NCBI GenBank assembly: GCA_016702545.1
Contig: JADJDT010000002.1
Coordinates: 16,834-80,833, forward strand
DNA length: 64,000 bases
Reading direction: 5' to 3'
Source: Pseudomonadota bacterium
GTDB lineage: Bacteria > Myxococcota_A > Polyangia > GCA-2747355
This document shows, piece by piece, positions 62,244 through 64,000 of this stretch (its first letter is position 1; each line of letters starts with the position of its first letter). The notes beneath the pieces were generated by a model. It was not told the origin of the DNA. It saw only the letters and a list, made by a program, of their open reading frames with translations, and searched no databases. The position numbers were made by a program, and so were the translations under genes.

Positions 62244-63248
62244 CTAGCGCGTGGTGGGCCCGGGACCGGCGCCCCCGCCCAGCTCGACGCGCTCGTAGGC
62301 CACCACATCGCGCAGGATTTCATCGAGGCCGTGCTGCGGCTGCCAGCCGACCAGCTCGCCGATGCGGCCGATGTCGGGCACGCGGCGCCGCATGTCCTCG
62401 AAGCCGGGGGCGTAGGCCTCGTCGTAGGGCACCCGCACGATCGGTGAGGCGCTGGCCGTCAGCGTGCGAATGCGCTCCGCCAGCGCCTGGATCGTCACCT
62501 CCTCGGTGCCACCCAGGTTGACGACCTTGCCGATCGCGCGCGGCTGCTCGACCAGGGCCAGCAGCCCCCGCACCGTGTCGCGGACATGGCAGAAGCAGCG
62601 CGACTGCTCGCCGTCACCGAACACGCGAATCGGTGCGCCCGTGAGCGCGGCCCGCACGAACTGCGGGATCACCATGCCATAGCGCCCCGTCTGCCGCGGC
62701 CCGACGGTGTTGAAGAGCCGCACGCAAGCGACCTCGAGGCCGAACTCGCGCACGTAGGCCAGGCTGAGGAACTCATCGACCATCTTGCTCGCGGCGTAGC
62801 CCCAGCGGCTCTTGTTGCTGGCCCCGAGCAGCACGTCGTCGTCCTCGTGGAAGGGCACCCGCGCGCCCTTGCCGTAGACCTCGGAGGTGCTGGCCACCAG
62901 CACCTTGCAGCCGTAGCGCAGCGCCGACTGCAGCACCGCCTCGGTGCCCATCACGTTGGTTTCGATCGTGTGCACCGGGTGCTCGACCACCAGGTTGACG
63001 CCCACCGCCGCCGCCAGGTGAATCACGATCTCCGCCTCGCCCGCGAGGCGGTCGAGCACCAGCCGGTCGGTGATCGAGGCGCGCGCGAAGTGGAACTGGG
63101 GATGGGTACGCAGCGCGGCGATGTTGGCCAGGCTGCCGGTCGAGAGGTCGTCGATCACCAGCACCCGCTGGCCGCGCTCGATCAGCGCCTCGGCCAGGTG
63201 CGAGCCAATGAAGCCGGCTCCGCCGGTGATCAGGTAGGTGCTGGCCAT
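62244..63248 (-). CDS. NAD-dependent epimerase/dehydratase (SDR; UDP-sugar epimerase/decarboxylase-like)
   Basis: MASTYLITGGAGFIGSHL start, YAASK catalytic motif. Confidence 0.85.
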   Translation of the reverse strand: MASTYLITGGAGFIGSHLAEALIERGQRVLVIDDLSTGSLANIAALRTHPQFHFARASITDRLVLDRLAGEAEIVIHLAAAVGVNLVVEHPVHTIETNVMGTEAVLQSALRYGCKVLVASTSEVYGKGARVPFHEDDDVLLGASNKSRWGYAASKMVDEFLSLAYVREFGLEVACVRLFNTVGPRQTGRYGMVIPQFVRAALTGAPIRVFGDGEQSRCFCHVRDTVRGLLALVEQPRAIGKVVNLGGTEEVTIQALAERIRTLTASASPIVRVPYDEAYAPGFEDMRRRVPDIGRIGELVGWQPQHGLDEILRDVVAYERVELGGGAGPGPTTR

Positions 63249-63350
63249 GCGCGCGTGCTCCGCTGCCACCGGGTGGCATGGACTTCGATCCTCGACGTCG
63301 ACCACGTCTACCGTTGGCGGGGACCCGGCGTCAACCTCGCCGAGCCGAGC

Positions 63351-64000
63351 CTAGGGCACGTCGGTCCAGGTATTCCCCGTATCGATGTCGATCTTCTCGG
63401 AGGCGGCGGTGAGCCTGGCATTGTAGCCGATGCGGCGCGCGAAGCGCTCGAAGACGTTGCCGCGCGCCAAGATGTCGGTGTCGTCGCCATTGACGAGCCC
63501 GAAGGCGCCCTCGCAGCCGTCGCGGAAGACGTTGTCCCGCACGACCAGCTCGCCGGCGTTGGCGCTCAGCGTGATCGCGCCCTCGCTGTGGCCCATCAGC
63601 GCGTCCCCGAGCCGGTTGACGCCCTCGATCACGTTGCCCTCGAGGCGGTCGGTCGGCGGAGGCGACATACCGCAGCTCTTATGCACGAACGAGCCACCGA
63701 GGTTACGCAGGTGGTTGTTGAGCCAGGTCCCACCGCAGATGGTCAGCGCCTCGGAGGGGGTATCGATGATCGTGTTGTCGACGAAGGTCACGTCGCCCTT
63801 GACCGCCCCGACGGTGTTGTAGCGCCAATCGGCCGTATAGCCGTTGCAGGCGCGGTTACCATCGAACAGCATCCCGCGAATCGTGACGTTGTTCACATGC
63901 CCGGCCGAGCCCGAGGGGTTGATGCCCTGCAGCAGGTCGAAGACCTCGACGACGTCTTGCCCAACGGCCGCTACATAGCCCAATGGCGCCGCCTCATACG
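63351..64000 (-). CDS. Right-handed parallel beta-helix repeat protein (carbohydrate-active lyase/epimerase/hydrolase-like); C-terminal part, gene continues beyond window end
   Basis: Repeated N/D/G-rich beta-helix rungs (NVTIRGMLFDGN, VRDNVFRDG, ARGNVFERF); frame open to the window edge. Confidence 0.5.
   Translation of the reverse strand, partial: YEAAPLGYVAAVGQDVVEVFDLLQGINPSGSAGHVNNVTIRGMLFDGNRACNGYTADWRYNTVGAVKGDVTFVDNTIIDTPSEALTICGGTWLNNHLRNLGGSFVHKSCGMSPPPTDRLEGNVIEGVNRLGDALMGHSEGAITLSANAGELVVRDNVFRDGCEGAFGLVNGDDTDILARGNVFERFARRIGYNARLTAASEKIDIDTGNTWTDVP

Overview
This is a high-GC (about 70%) bacterial chromosomal segment. The gene order ispE / tRNA-Gln / prs / rplY / pth / rpsF / rpsR / rplI / dnaB and the split atpZ-atpI-atpB-atpE F0 operon are typical of Deltaproteobacteria/Myxococcota; the taxonomic placement is an inference. 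From 1 to about 26 kb nearly everything is housekeeping on the minus strand. In order: a secreted S8 peptidase lipoprotein that runs off the window start, pirin, a complete nucleoside-salvage operon (deoC-deoB-deoA-nupC-punA), dnaB, rplI, rpsR, rpsF, pth, rplY, prs, tRNA-Gln and ispE. These are followed by glmS and trxB on the plus strand, a VOC-family gene, the F0 ATP-synthase genes, a vapBC toxin-antitoxin pair, hemL and gyrA. From 26.1 kb to the end of the window lies a surface-polysaccharide (EPS/O-antigen-type) locus of about 38 kb. It encodes GDP-fucose synthesis (gmd, fcl), a TviB/TviC-like pair for UDP-HexNAc-uronic acid, wecB, a PglF/PglE/PglD-like module for a 2,4-diacetamido-trideoxyhexose precursor, a NeuC/NeuB/NeuA-like nonulosonic (legionaminic-type) acid module with an extra 2-hydroxyacid dehydrogenase, Wzx/Wzy/Wzc, several glycosyltransferases, acetyl/acyltransferases, a heparinase II/III-like protein and an AsnB-like amidotransferase. 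Four genes in the distal half of this locus are disrupted: wzy, a transferase next to neuA, an O-antigen-ligase/TPR gene, and asnB (broken by a clean 7-bp tandem duplication). Other unusual features are a ribosomal S18 with an 85-residue Gly/Tyr-rich N-terminal extension, a palindromic MITE-like repeat family present in three copies (one wedged between vapB and vapC and flanked by perfect 14-bp inverted repeats), a 470-bp array of hairpin repeats at 49.8-50.3 kb, and an unusually long (about 1 kb) noncoding region with G-quadruplex/homopolymer tracts between ispE and glmS. No CRISPR array, prophage or integrase was seen.
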